Translations under genes and position numbers: made by a program | Part shown: piece after piece, positions 47,131 to 61,982 of the stretch | How the letters are laid out: each line of letters starts with the position of its first letter | Numbering within the stretch: the first letter of the stretch is position 1 | Assembly (NCBI GenBank): GCA_964016885.1 | Contig: OZ024740.1 | Span: 328,104,001-328,168,000, forward strand | DNA length: 64,000 nt | Origin: Eledone cirrhosa | Taxonomy: Eukaryota | Reading direction: 5' to 3' | The notes under the pieces: model-generated | Told to the model about the DNA's origin: nothing | Databases searched by the model: none | Seen by the model: only the letters and a program-made list of their open reading frames with translations

Positions 47131-47133
<3 letters not shown>

Positions 47134-47858
47134 GAAGTTCTATTTAAATTGTTTGGATACAACAAGCAAATATTTTTATAACTGATATAAAGCACTCAAC
47201 AAATTATTGGAGTAAAAATACGATATATTAACAAATGGAAACTATATTTATAAAACCATATTTATTTCATTATACATATTTCAAGGACACCAAGTTAAAT
47301 TATGGTGTGCTTTCATCAGATAAAATATAATATAGATCAGTTTTATAAATAAATATTGACATACCCTTAAAGAATGCGACCATTTCTGTTGGAAGCTCCC
47401 GGATAGTGGGGTTATTAAATTTATTTAGTCTATTATGCAAATTACTGTCAGATATGTTTAAATCACAGTAGATTTAAAATGAGCCGTTGAAGTATGGAAA
47501 AAAGGGAAAGAAAAGAAAAGAAAAAGAAAAAAAAAGAGAAAAAAAGGAGAAAAAAGAAAAAAGAGCAAACTCTAAGAGGAAAATAAGAAAACAAGAGAAA
47601 GAGAAAGAGAAAGAGAAAGAGAAAGAGAAAGAGAAGAAAAAAAATAATAGACTAAATAAATTTAATAACCCCACTATCCGGGAGCTTCCAACAGAAATGG
47701 TCGCATTCTTTAAGGGTACGTCAATATTTATTTATAAAACTGATCTATATTATATTTTATCTGATGAAAGCACACCATAATTTAACTTGGTGTCCTTGAA
47801 ATATGTATAATGAAATAAATATGGTTTTATAAATATAGTTTCCATTTGTTAATATATC

Positions 47859-47862
<4 letters not shown>
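47131..47862. mobile_element. Inverted-repeat insertion, family C copy 2
   Basis: Arms ~47218-47434 / 47645-47862 with purine-rich spacer; tail 47131-47217; homologous to 8890-9337. Confidence 0.9.
47754..47816 (+). ncRNA. Hammerhead ribozyme (mirror copy in the left arm)
   Basis: AUUUUAU-CUGAUGA-aagcacacca..uggugyccuu-GAAAU-AUGU-AUA-AUGAAAU (3' strand of stem II reads ugguguccuu). Confidence 0.8.
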
Positions 47863-47949
<87 letters not shown>

Positions 47950-47955
<6 letters not shown>

Positions 47956-48411
47956 TGGTGCTCTGAAATAGCGATATATATATGAATGTATATATAATGT
48001 ATTTTGCAATACACTGTATGCTTAATTAAAAGCATTTCGAAATGCTTTTAATTAAGCATAGTGTGTATTTCAAATACACTATATATATACATTCATATAT
48101 ATATCGCTATTTCAGAGCACCAATTCTAATTTTCAATTTCTGCTTGACCGGCAACCGCTCTGTATAATTAGTTCCTGATTATTACTAGAATTCTATAAGA
48201 ATCAAACATTCATGATTTTCAGCAAACAGGTGGAGTACTTGGCTTTGATAAGTACCAACCAGTACGAAACAGAACTCTGTCAGCTTTATCTCCCCTGTTT
48301 GCTGAAAATTTAAAGTAAGTGAGACTGTCACTACTCTAAAACAATAGCGTAAGGTCTTCGAAATGTTTTTAATTAAGCATACAGTGTATTGCAAAATACA
48401 CTATATATACA

Positions 48412-48420
<9 letters not shown>
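47950..48420. mobile_element. Inverted + partial-tandem insertion, family H (~321 bp period)
   Basis: Palindrome 47950-48128; 48358-48420 directly repeats ~48037-48100. Confidence 0.85.
48215..48309 (+). ncRNA. Type I hammerhead, U3:A8 core, long extended stem I
   Basis: GGCU-UUGAUAA-guac caacca guac-GAAAC-ag aacu cu-GUC-AGCU (48241-48285) enclosed by auuuucagcaaacagg/ccuguuugcugaaaau. Confidence 0.8.
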
Positions 48421-48506
<86 letters not shown>

Positions 48507-48509
48507 AGC

Positions 48510-48900
48510 AATCAAAAAGAACAGAAAGATGCAGTAAAAGAGATTTATTCGGTTCTAACGTACGTTTCAATAGACATCAATTTGCCTAGATCTCGCTGCA
48601 TCTATAATATTATATAGTTAGTAGACCATTCGAATGCTCTACTAACTATATAATATTATAGATGCAGCGAGATCTAGGCAAATTGATGTCTATTGAAACG
48701 TACGTTAGAACCAAATAAATCTCTTTTACTGCATCTTTCTGTTCTTTTTGATTCTTTATACACGCCCCGGAGTATAGCTAAACTGTAATATACACCTATT
48801 TTCTGTATTTCGTTGAGCACCACTCTGTTGTAAGCTGACATTCCACTACACGGTACATAACACTGTGTCCTGGAAAACCTTAATGCACTCGTGCATAACC

Positions 48901-48903
<3 letters not shown>
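48510..48903. mobile_element. Fold-back insertion, family I (hammerhead 3' half)
   Basis: Palindrome ~48510-48753 (centre ~48631); GAAAC-GUAC-GUU at 48695-48706; tail to 48903. Confidence 0.85.
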
Positions 48904-48982
<79 letters not shown>

Positions 48983-49243
48983 CATTACACTTGAGCATAA
49001 ATTGTTGTTTCTGTCTGTAGTCAACGGACTATAAAAATATTGTGGGTTGAAACTTAATTCAGCTCAGTCAAATTGCATTAAGTCTTCAACTAGAGGAAAG
49101 TTTACTCTTTCTTAAAATCTAAGCATTCAATCAGAATTAAGGTCTTTTATACATTCTGTAGATTTTGTTTAAACAGATTGTCACTAAATAGTGTGTTTCA
49201 CAAAGACAATCTTACACATATGGGAGGAAAAATTATATATATG

Positions 49244-49275
<32 letters not shown>

Positions 49276-49351
49276 GAGAGAGAGAGATATATGTGTGTTT
49301 GATTGTCTTTGTGAAATACCGTATTTAAGAAACAATTTATTTAAGGAACAA

Positions 49352-49424
<73 letters not shown>

Positions 49425-49492
49425 TATATAAAATATATATATATATATATATTATATAAATATATATATAATATATATATAAATATATATAA

Positions 49493-49551
<59 letters not shown>

Positions 49552-49624
49552 ATATATATATAAATATATATATATATTATATAAATATATATATATAGAT
49601 ATAAATATATATATATATATATAA

Positions 49625-49666
<42 letters not shown>

Positions 49667-49706
49667 AATATATATATATATTATATAAATATATATATAT
49701 ATAAAT

Positions 49707-49737
<31 letters not shown>

Positions 49738-49740
49738 AAT

Positions 49741-49773
<33 letters not shown>

Positions 49774-49893
49774 AATATATATATATATAAATATATATAT
49801 ATATTATATATAAATAAATATATATATATTATATATAAATAAATAATTATATATATTAATATATAAATAAATATATATATATATTATATATAA

Positions 49894-49952
<59 letters not shown>

Positions 49953-49965
49953 TATATATAAATAA

Positions 49966-49999
<34 letters not shown>

Positions 50000-50035
50000 A
50001 ATATATATATATTACATTCATTTATTATATTTCGA

Positions 50036-50093
50036 ATACCTGATGATATCACCGGATTCATACGGAACCCGGTCATTGAAGTGATCATAGTAT
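50036..50093 (+). ncRNA. Solo hammerhead with a GAAG core change (possibly inactive)
   Basis: AUAC-CUGAUGA-..accgg a uuc..gaa c ccggu..-GAAG-U-GAUC-AUA-GUAU. Confidence 0.55.
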
Positions 50094-50474
50094 AATAAAC
50101 CTTTCAAGGATTTACACAAGTCCAGCCTCCTGTCATTTCATTATAATATATATTTATATATAGATAGATAGACGTACAGCTTGATTATCCTGTTTACAAT
50201 GGCAAAATAGAAGATACGTTTTCCTATATTATAAATCTAACATTACAGCGTGAAATGTATACAAACAGAAATGATTGTGCTGTCGTTATAGTCTGTACAT
50301 TAGTTGTAAAACTGACTAGCAGAATCGTAACTTGAATACGCTCCTAACAATATTTATGTTTGTAAGATTCTACGTTAACATGTGTATGAATACACACAAA
50401 GACAAGGACAAACACACACACACACACACACGCACACACACACACACACACATACATATGATATATATATACAT

Positions 50475-50506
<32 letters not shown>

Positions 50507-50570
50507 GACATATACATATACATATATATTACATATATATATATATACATTGTCATATATATACATATAT

Positions 50571-50694
<124 letters not shown>

Positions 50695-52214
50695 GCGTTT
50701 CTGTTTCTGTATGTATACATGCATGTTTGTCAGAAATACCCCACCCCCCCAAAAAAAAAGGACGCAGGCTCTTAATAAAGAACCTGTTTATAGAGTAGGA
50801 GAGTGTTATATATTTATTCATAAAAACTAAGAGATTTGGGGTACTAACCGGGATGACCGAGTTTTTTCTTACGAGGTTTCAAGCAATATACGCTAATTGA
50901 ATATATACATACATACATACGCACGTATATACATACATATATACGCACGTATGTATGTATGTACGTATGTATATATATATGCATACATATATACATACGT
51001 ACGTACATACATACATACATGCATACATACATGAAGCTAGGCTTCACAGGAACAGAAAGAACACAACTAGTTAGGGAAATTACAAAGTACAAACCATTAA
51101 TAGAACAGTAAAATAAATTTTGCATCTAATAACTGCATATACACATGTACAGATGCAAAGCATATACACATGCGCACATACAACTCAAAACATCCACATC
51201 CACACATACAATAACATCCATATCTACACATGCATGCATACATACATATCTACCTAGTTGATGTTGTGTAAATTCCAATGAGAGAGTCTTGTGTCTATGT
51301 TTAGAAACCGACTCTCTCTCTATTGGTAAAACTTTGTGAAATTATAAAACCAGAAGAACATACATACATACACACATATATACCTACGTATGTATATACA
51401 TACATACATATATACGTACATACATACCTGCACATTTATATATATGCATACATACATTCACAATAGCTTTTAATTCACTATCGAGTATGGCCTCTATTTA
51501 CGCCCCCATCCTCCTGTTCCAAAGATGCAGTATCTCCCCACCATGGGCTTTAATGCTGAGGAAGTCACACACCAATATGGCATGACGAAACGCTCACTTC
51601 CCAAGCACCAACAAGAGTTCAATGTAGGACGCAGCAGCATCAGTAATCGAATTGTTATAGCTCCCGCCTATGGTTCATCTTCCGAATGATAAAATCTATA
51701 AGATAGTGGTATTTCATTGTTGTATTCTTCCTTGATTCTCTGAACACTGCAAAAAAGTCTGTCGTCTTTATGTGTCTCCAAGAACACCATATCCTGCTTT
51801 GCAGAGCGGAAGGTAAAAGAAAAAATAAACAACAAAAAATATAGACGCAAAACGTGACAAACGCTTGTGCAACACGTGAGCCACCCACAAAGTGTTTGAA
51901 GTCGTTAGATTAGCAGCAAGTAAGAAACAAAGAAAGATGGCCAGAAATTACAAATATCGCAAGTTTTGAGTAAGTATATCCCTCTCTTGCGTGTATTTAC
52001 ATAAACATGCACATAAACATGCATATATGTATAACATATATACTATGAGACGGCTGTTGACACGCGAGCTGTTGACACGCGAGCTGTTCACAAACTGTTT
52101 GAAGCCGTTAAACTAGCAGCATACAAAATCGAAGATAACCACAACTAAAAATACCGTAGATTTTAAGTAAGACTATTTCTCTCTCAAATGTATTTACATA
52201 TACATAATTTTCAT

Positions 52215-53035
52215 TTTCTTCAGCCCTGGAAAGTCCGTTGTTGGACATAGGCCAACCACTAGCTGAGTAATGTTTGCCGATCCTGAACATTCCTGGCCAA
52301 AACATTTCAATTTTCACGAGGTCGTCTCGCTACATGGTGTTCTGGTGGCCTCGGCTTCATGTGTGACCTCGTTGGGTACAGACGGTGACGTGGGTGGTCC
52401 ATCTGTTGTCACTCATTCTGGCAACGTGTCCTGTCCACTTCCATTTTGCTTTACTAATGATTTCAAGGATATAGCAAACTTTTGCTTTTTCTCGGGGTTA
52501 ATTCGGTGGTTTTTCGATCTCACCATGTGACGTTTAACATAATCCTTTCGTGGCCTCTTCAAAATCTTCGTAGATTTAGTACTTGCTTTTTTTGTTAGGT
52601 TCCAGGTTTCTGATCCATAGGTGATAGTCAGCAGAATACACTGGTCATAAACATGACGTTTCAAGATGATTGGCTGTCTTTGTTTTTTAAGATGGTACTC
52701 GTACTTCCAAAGGCATGCCAACCCAATGTGATACGGTGCTTGAGTACTTGTTCTTTCGACGCCAAGTCGATTGAAATGCGCTAACAGAAGTAGATGTAGT
52801 GGTCGACCTCCTCGATCTTGTTAGTGATCGTGATGACCAAGTCGGCATCCTCAGCGCATTTATTGCAAATGGTTTTGGTCTTTTTGAAGTTCATGTCAGA
52901 CTTCTAGGCCAGCTGTGTTCAGTTCCCTAAGCATTTATTGTAGTTCTTTTTTTGCTGGCGAATATGATGTTAACGTCAGCGAACCTAAGGTGGTTTAGAT
53001 ATTCGCCAACGATCCTAATGACTCTCTTCCATGTA
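52215..53035 (-). pseudogene. RTE-clade LINE RT / C-terminal relic
   Basis: GEYLNHLRFADVNIIFA; LKRHVYDQCILLTITYGSETWNLTKK; KWKWTGHVARMSDNRWT; disrupted. Confidence 0.85.
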
Positions 53036-53080
53036 TTGAGTACTCCCATGACTAGTGGTCTCCTCGGTCTCAGCACCGCA

Positions 53081-53135
<55 letters not shown>

Positions 53136-53758
53136 TGTGTGCGCATGTGTGTGTGTATGCATGTGTGTGTGTAAATATTTTCAGTAATGTACAGAGTAAT
53201 ATAATTTAATTCGTCAGAAGTAACTCTTAAAAGGCACTTTTCTTCAACAGCTATTGTTTGTTTTCTTCTCGTTTTCTCTGAGTTCCTTATTTGTTTTAAT
53301 GGAACATAACGTTTGCTATTGGGTAAAAAGCTTCCATTTACATATATTTCACTGCTTAAGAAATGTTTTTTTAGCTTCGTATGTCATTGTTAATTGAGTG
53401 ATCTCGGCCTGGTAGCGAGAGGTTTAAATTTCACATTACACTTTTCACTTATGTGTTTTTAACTTTTTTTAAATAGCTAATAATGTCTTAAGTGTCTTCG
53501 TATTTTTGATTAGTCTTATTGACGAAGAACATTTCCTATTAACACGTTAACGTCTTAAACGTCTGTGATATTTTCATTTTATTTTATGTAACTGCAAATT
53601 ATTAACGAACTTAAAACTACAGCTTATCTTTTAACTTAGGTCGTCATACAAAAGATGCTTTGATGTTCAACTCATAGCCAATTTTAGTCCTGCTTTTACG
53701 CTCTAAAAGATTGCTTTTACAGCAACATTGAAAATACGAAGAGCATACATACATACTT

Positions 53759-53828
<70 letters not shown>

Positions 53829-54064
53829 TATATGCATATACATACATATACATATGAAAAATTCGGGACCCAACGCTGAGATCCTGCCGTTTCAGAAGCT
53901 AGATTCGAACCTATACATGCATACACACACACACACACATATATATGTATATAAGTATATATATAAGTATATATATATAAGTATATATATAAGTATATAT
54001 ATATGAGTATATATATATATGAGTATATATATATATAAGTATATATATACAAGTATATATATAA

Positions 54065-54101
<37 letters not shown>

Positions 54102-54137
54102 ACACACAACATAAATATATATATATATATATATATG

Positions 54138-54239
<102 letters not shown>

Positions 54240-54312
54240 GTGTTACAGGTCGACTGAAAATGTTCTGATACCTACTTGGATTACTCATAGCTTGATATGC
54301 ACCCATAAGTTT

Positions 54313-54498
54313 TAGACACTCAGCTTGATGTATGGTATGTCAATAACTGGTAGGAACTAACCTGATGAATGGTATATTAATATCTAGTAGACATCTTGCC
54401 TAATGAATTGTATATTACTATTTCTCAGACACCTATCCTGATACATGGTACATTAGTAACTGGTAGACTTTCAGCCTTGTGAATAGTATGTTAACATT
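54313..54498. repeat. Degenerate 38-bp minisatellite, 5 units
   Basis: Units start at 54313, 54351, 54388, 54426, 54464; consensus ~tagacac....cctgatgaatggtatattaataactgg. Confidence 0.75.
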
Positions 54499-55525
54499 AA
54501 TGATTTTAGAAAAGAACTATAGTCGACATGACATATATATACCACGAAAAACCTTTGAAAATTGGAGTCTGCATCATAAGATGACAGATCAGGAGATCCG
54601 CTATGGAAATTTCCTCACACCTGGAATAGTACCTCTGATCCAACAATAACACCTCCGATTCCGAGACGGAGAAAAATGTTCGTCTCATCATCGGTTGTTG
54701 AAGCCAATAAGAGGGAGCCGACTGCTACCACAAATAATAATACAACTTCATCATCCTGTGACAATAGAATCACAACGGAATCCGGAGAAGAGGGGTGGGG
54801 GACTAGCAGGAAAAAGAATGGTGGAAGATGACTCAACAGAAAAGTGAGCCCAAAATGAAGGTCTGCATAACGCAAGAGGATAGTAGTGACAAAAAATCAA
54901 ATCATAGTCGTTCGATGTAAAATCCACTATCTTCTAAACCAAATAAAGGATCTGAGTTCCACAATAAACGATGAATTACTAATTGGTGGGTAGCGAATAG
55001 AGCCAGAGTACACGAAACACTTGGTAAAAATATCACCAGAATTATATCACATGCTGAAGCAGAAGTAACTGTATGACTTGGGCCATGTTTTTGTTTTATT
55101 CCACCCCTAAAATATTAGTCGGAAGTTTCGGATGAACAGAGATCCAATACGAACAATGAATGGTGGGAAGATACATAGACGTCCTCTAACTCGATTTAAG
55201 TAGTGAGTTTTATTAGTGTATGGGTGGAAACCCTAAATGGTCTTTCTTTGTGTGTACCATTTTAAAAACTAATATCATTTCGTATTTTCTCTTTGCTTCA
55301 TTATTATTAATTTGTTTATGCCCAAATTATTTAATACAATTTTTAATATCTTCTGTGTCTAACTCTTCATTTTCTGTAACTTTGTCTAATTCATCCTCTC
55401 ATGTCTTCTTGTACTCACCACTCTTGTTTTTAATATTTCATTCAATTGTGTAAATGAATGACGATATAATTGCTCTTAGCTTTTAAATAGAAGAAATTCT
55501 TCTTCTTAATATTATTATTATCATT

Positions 55526-55725
55526 TGGGTGGTGGATTGCCAGTATCACTGGAGCCTCGGACACAATGCTTTATGACATAGACTTACGGCCCTTTAAGAA
55601 CTGAGTTCAAATCCCACCGAGGTTAACTTTGCCTTTCATCCCTACGAGGTCGATAAAATAAAGTACCAGTAATTCACTGGATATTTGCTGGCCTTGTGCC
55701 ATAAGTAGAAACAATTATTATTATT
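55526..55725 (+). mobile_element. Nin/Deu-type SINE copy
   Basis: Homologous to 37010-37205. Confidence 0.85.
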
Positions 55726-55961
55726 ATTACCATAAGAAGAAGAAATCAAAGTGTTTAATTAAATTCCTGCAGGGTTTAGTTACGTTCTGAGTTCAAATTC
55801 TCCTGAGGTTAACATCATCCTTCATCATTAAGGGTCGGTCATAAACTAATATTTAGACATAATCTATAAACACATTGGTATGTCAGTCTTCAGCTACATC
55901 CAATGTCAACTAATTCTACAGACGTACATTAGTAATATGATCTACTGAAACTAATTTTGTT

Positions 55962-56047
<86 letters not shown>

Positions 56048-56087
56048 GTCTCTCTCTCTTTCTATTTATACACACACGTATATATAT

Positions 56088-56890
56088 ATAAATGGAAAAG
56101 AATGAAACAAAATTTCATTTCTCACTCTTAGAACGGCTGATACTTATATGTAAGTATGTATACGTACATACATATATGTATACAGACGTACAGTAGTATG
56201 TATATTTTATATATACATACATGCACACATATATATATGTACGTATGGCTTTACCGAACATTTATTATAATGTTGGTTTGTGTGTAAACAAACAGCCAGA
56301 ATTACGCCGTACAGTCTTCGGCAACCATCGTCGCCTTTTTGTTCAAGACTGACACATGAACGATGTACTAGTTTCAAGCTTATTAGCTATCGTCAGCATC
56401 GTATACCTTCCTGTCAGATGATTGAACGTTTGAAAGTATATACTTTCGTTATGCATATTAACGGCTGAACATATACATACTACTGTACGTCTGTATACAT
56501 ATATGTATGTACGTATACATACTTACATTTAAGTATCAGCCGTACTAAGAGTGAAAAATGAAATTTCGTTTCATTCTTTTCCATTTATCGTTTTCGGTGC
56601 GCCCGGCCAACTCACTCACTCGATATGCAAATTAGGCTGCTCAGCCGTTAACATGCATAAGGAAAGTATATACTTTCAAACGTTCAATCATCTGATAGGA
56701 AGGTATACGATGCTGACGATAGCTAATAAGCTTGAAACAAGTACATCGTTCCTGTGTCAGTGTTGAACAAAAAGGCGACGATGGTTGCCGAACACTGTAC
56801 GGCGTAATTCAGGCTGTTTGTTTACAAACAAACCGAATATTATAATAAATGTTCGGTAAAGCCATACGTACATATATATATGTGTTCACG

Positions 56891-56964
<74 letters not shown>

Positions 56965-57011
56965 CTACTGTACGTCTGTATATATATATGTATGTACGTA
57001 TACATACTTAC

Positions 57012-57013
<2 letters not shown>
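56088..57013. mobile_element. Complex inverted + tandem ORF-less element, family J
   Basis: A(56088-56205) and B(56225-56468) inverted, then A(56470-56587), C, B(56641-56890), (TA)n and a partial A (56957-57013). Confidence 0.88.
56707..56749 (+). ncRNA. Minimal hammerhead ribozyme (inverted copy 56360-56402 -)
   Basis: ACGAUG-CUGACGA-u agcu aaua agcu u-GAAAC-AA-GUA-CAUCGU. Confidence 0.82.
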
Positions 57014-57061
<48 letters not shown>

Positions 57062-57374
57062 GCATAACGATAAATCATTAAAGATAATCCGATAAGAGTG
57101 TATGAAAACTACTTATTATGGACAGTTTAAGCGTACGGTTCTGTGTGACTCAACAAGAAGTTTACGTTGGTGACGATTTTATGACTTCGCTTATATTCAT
57201 ATGTAAATGATGAAATGATTGAACTTAGATGTATTGTAAATTGAGTTATACAGTCTCCAGTATTTAGCAATTTATAGACAATTCAATCATGGAAACAATT
57301 GTAAGACTGTAAATAAATTTCCTTGTTTGTACTGTCAACCATGTTATTCTTCACTTTTTTATATATATATATAT

Positions 57375-57640
57375 GAAGGCGCATGGCTTAGTGGTTAAAG
57401 CATTGGGCTTGCAATCGAAAGGTTGTGAGTTCAATTCTCATCCCGGGTGATGTGTTGTTACCTTGGGCAAAACACTTTATTTCACGTTGCTCCAGTTTAC
57501 TCAGCTGTAGAAATGAGTACCGGCCTGCCCACCCAGCCAGTGGGATGGCGTTATCTTATGGCTAAAACAGCCCGACGTGCTGTGACCAGCGGCGCCGATT
57601 GGCGCCCGACAGACTGGTCCGTCAAGGTGATCAAGGTAAT
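57375..57640 (+). mobile_element. CORE-type SINE with a different 3' tail
   Basis: TGGCTTAGTGG box A, GTTCAATTC box B, CORE segment. Confidence 0.8.
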
Positions 57641-57695
57641 ATATATATATTCCTGAGTTGTACCCTGAGAAATGACTTCTACATAGCTAGAACTG

Positions 57696-58340
<645 letters not shown>

Positions 58341-58476
58341 TTCACAAGAATCAAAGCTATGTTGAAAGCATTTATTCACTTACAATTGTTTCATCCAAAC
58401 CTAGGCATGGTAACTTCGGAGCATTTTTCAATGCTTGTACATATAATTGACCTCCTATCCAACGCAAGAGACATAC

Positions 58477-58530
<54 letters not shown>

Positions 58531-58643
58531 ATGTACAGTGGAGTGACATATATGGTTTTAAGGTAGTAATAAATTACTGACCTTCCCTGTTTATAGTTTA
58601 AAATATACATAACTATAAATAGTATCCTTAATATTATATATAT

Positions 58644-58674
<31 letters not shown>

Positions 58675-58843
58675 CACACAGACACATATATATATACACA
58701 CACACATATATATATATACACACACACATACATATATATATACACACACACATATATATATATATACACACACATATATATATATACACACACACATATA
58801 TATATATATATACACACACACATATATATATATACACACACAC

Positions 58844-58925
<82 letters not shown>

Positions 58926-59175
58926 GAAAGACGTAAAATAAAAATTAACTTACTAAAATTTTCACTCCAACTAATTAGCTTCTGTAAGGGGATAAATATA
59001 GTTACGTAAGATAACTATAGAGAATTCCTTACGTCATCAGGGAGTCTATTCTCAGCTAAGTTCTCAGAATTGTTCTGCATCACCCTGCATAGAACCACAA
59101 AGGTACTAAGACATAACATATATATTTGCTAGCATGAGTATACATCTGTATACATATGTTGGTAGATATACTAAT

Positions 59176-59207
<32 letters not shown>

Positions 59208-59333
59208 CACACATATATATATCACCTTGACCTATATATATATGTATATATATATATATGTGTATATATAAATATATATATATAAATATATATATGTATG
59301 CCGGATGGCTGAAACAGGTAAAAGAGTAAAAGA

Positions 59334-59413
<80 letters not shown>

Positions 59414-59679
59414 TATGTATATAGATAGATAGATATAATATGTGAGTGCGTGTTGCGTTCCAGTTTGATAATCTTTAAGGAGTTTTCGTATTTCTTTATT
59501 AGTTCTTTATTCTTAGTTTTGAACAGTCGGGTTTTCAATATTACGCACACACACACACATACACATACACACATACACATATATATATATATTTATGTAT
59601 ATATATGCTCTCACACATACACGCAATTAATTATACTTTTCATTGTCTCACACCATCTTTGTCATTGTTGTGCAATGAA

Positions 59680-60165
59680 CATCACAACCACCAACATCAC
59701 CACCACCACCACCACCATCGCCACCACTATCACCACCACCACCACCACCACTACACCCCCACCCAACCACCACCATCGTCACCACCACCACTATCACCAC
59801 CACCACCGCCACTATCATCCAGCCCAACCACCAACACCACCGCCGCCATCATCACCACCACCTTCGCCATCATCACCACCACCATCGCCACCACTATCAC
59901 CACCACCACCACCACTATCACCACCACCACCGCCACTATCATCCACCCCAACCACCAACACCACCGCCGCCATCATCACCACCACCTTCGCCATCATCAC
60001 CACCACCATCGCCACCACTATCACCACCATCGCCACCACTATCACCACCACCACCACCACCACCACTATCACCACCACTATTTCTACCATCACTGCAATC
60101 ATCATCATTATCAACATCATAATCATTACCGTCATCATCACTCGCCACCTCGTCCACCGCCACCT
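59680..60165. repeat. (CAC/CAT)n low-complexity region with an internal ~123 bp duplication
   Basis: cccaaccaccaacaccaccgccgccatcatc at ~59823 and ~59946. Confidence 0.9.
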
Positions 60166-60401
60166 AAACTCTCTTCCGTCTGCTGCCATTCATGGCTGAT
60201 AAGAAACATAATAAAGGAAAACCCACTATAGTTTCAGGAGTGAATAGCGGGGATTGAAGTGAAGGATTGTAATACAATGTAACAACTGATCTCTCTCTCT
60301 CTCTCTCTGTATATATGTATATATATATATATACACATACACACATATATAAATATATATAAATATATATATATATATATACACATGTACATGCACTCTC
60401 C

Positions 60402-60534
<133 letters not shown>

Positions 60535-61689
60535 TGTATGTGTGTGTGTGTTTGTGTATATAAGTCCGCTAAGTCTTTAAAATATCAATTCAAAATAGGG
60601 AGTGCACAGGACAAATACAATGGAAAAGAAAACAACGGAAAGACGGATGGTCCCATATCTTCAGCCAACCTCCGGAAATCACTACGGTTTCGGTTTTAAG
60701 GTCAATATCATTCATTCTAGTGTACATTATGGCATATCTATCAATCTGTCTATCTATCTATTTATCTAATTCTATCTTCCCACAACACACATAAACACTT
60801 CTTTCTATCTCCCAAATCATACAGACACTTCTTTCTATCTCTCTCACACATATATACACAATAGAAGTGAAAGTTGTCTCTTGTTTTTACAATTATATGA
60901 ACAAACCATGAAATGTTGATGACTTTCATTATGTCAACAGACCTATCATATAAAATAGCAACCCATTTCAGAAATAAAACTCTGATTACCTTTTATAAAC
61001 TTTGTTATTGTAAACATAATTTGATGCAGTGAGAAATATATTTGCGTTGTCCAACATGTTTTATTAAACATACCTTATTAATCAAATATACATGTCGACC
61101 AACTTTGTGCAATATTTACTGTCCAATATTTCTGACCTAATGCATCTTTTATTTTACTGGTTTCAGTCATTAAGTTGCGATCATGCTGGTTGAAGTGTGG
61201 TACATATTTCATCTATTTTTTTTGTCGAACCACTAAGTTACAGGTTATAAAGAAAAATACAGATACAAATATAAGCTCATATCCAGACACACACACGTGC
61301 GCGCGAACACACACTTACACACACATTCACACACGTACACACACCTGTTTCAGACTCTTTCCTTACTATATCTAGCGTTAAACTAATATATATCATCATT
61401 GTACTGTATCGTTCTTCTTTGTTGTTTTTTTCTCGTTGACTCTGCGCATATATGTTTATATCTATCCCATCGCGTAAGATAGTTAATTAATTTTTATCGG
61501 TAACTGAATCTAGCTTGCGAATTAATCCTGTGAACTCGGAGAGCGATTTTGAACTGTGAGAAGATTAGCTTTTGTTATAAGACAGTTACATATATTATCA
61601 TTACTGTGAGAGATTTAACAAAGACGCTGCGGTAAGTTTTAAGGAAAAATATAAAGATTAGCGGAATCGTTAGAGCGTCAGATAAAATA

Positions 61690-61752
61690 CGAGGGTCGGC
61701 TGAATAGTTCATAGGCTGACCATGATACTCTCATGGAATAACCAAATGAGTT
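61690..61752 (+). mobile_element. Mariner-like terminal fragment
   Basis: ta-cgagggtcggctgaatagttcatagg resembles a mariner TIR; no partner end seen. Confidence 0.4.
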
Positions 61753-61772
61753 TTGTTTTTCATCATATTCTC

Positions 61773-61982
61773 TAGAAACAAATAAGGCCAGCAATTTTGG
61801 GGAAGGAGAAAGTCGATTAAATCGACCCCAGTGCGTGACTGGTACTTTATTTTATCGACCCTGTAAGGATGAAAGGCAAAGTTAACCTCGATGGGATTTG
61901 AACTCAGATCATAAAGGGCCGTAACTCTATGCTGCAAAGCATGGTGTCTGACTCTCAACCGATACTGCCAATCCACCACCCT
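61773..61982 (-). mobile_element. Nin/Deu-type SINE copy (long variant); other fragments near 19301, 28070, 29940, 35750, 37975, 62125
   Basis: Same core and promoter boxes. Confidence 0.85.

Noticed and set aside
53860-53910. Minus-strand GAAACG...CGUU island in a TA tract
   Set aside because: Too short and weakly paired to call a hammerhead half.
57375-57450. tRNA-like sequence
   Set aside because: SINE head continuing into the CORE domain; no complete cloverleaf.
58990-59046. Minus-strand CUGAUGA + stem + GUAAC
   Set aside because: Core mutated and no stem I partner; at best a decayed ribozyme.
59300-59336. GAAAC-AG-GUA
   Set aside because: It is the common SINE 3' tail (cf. ~31850, ~61150).
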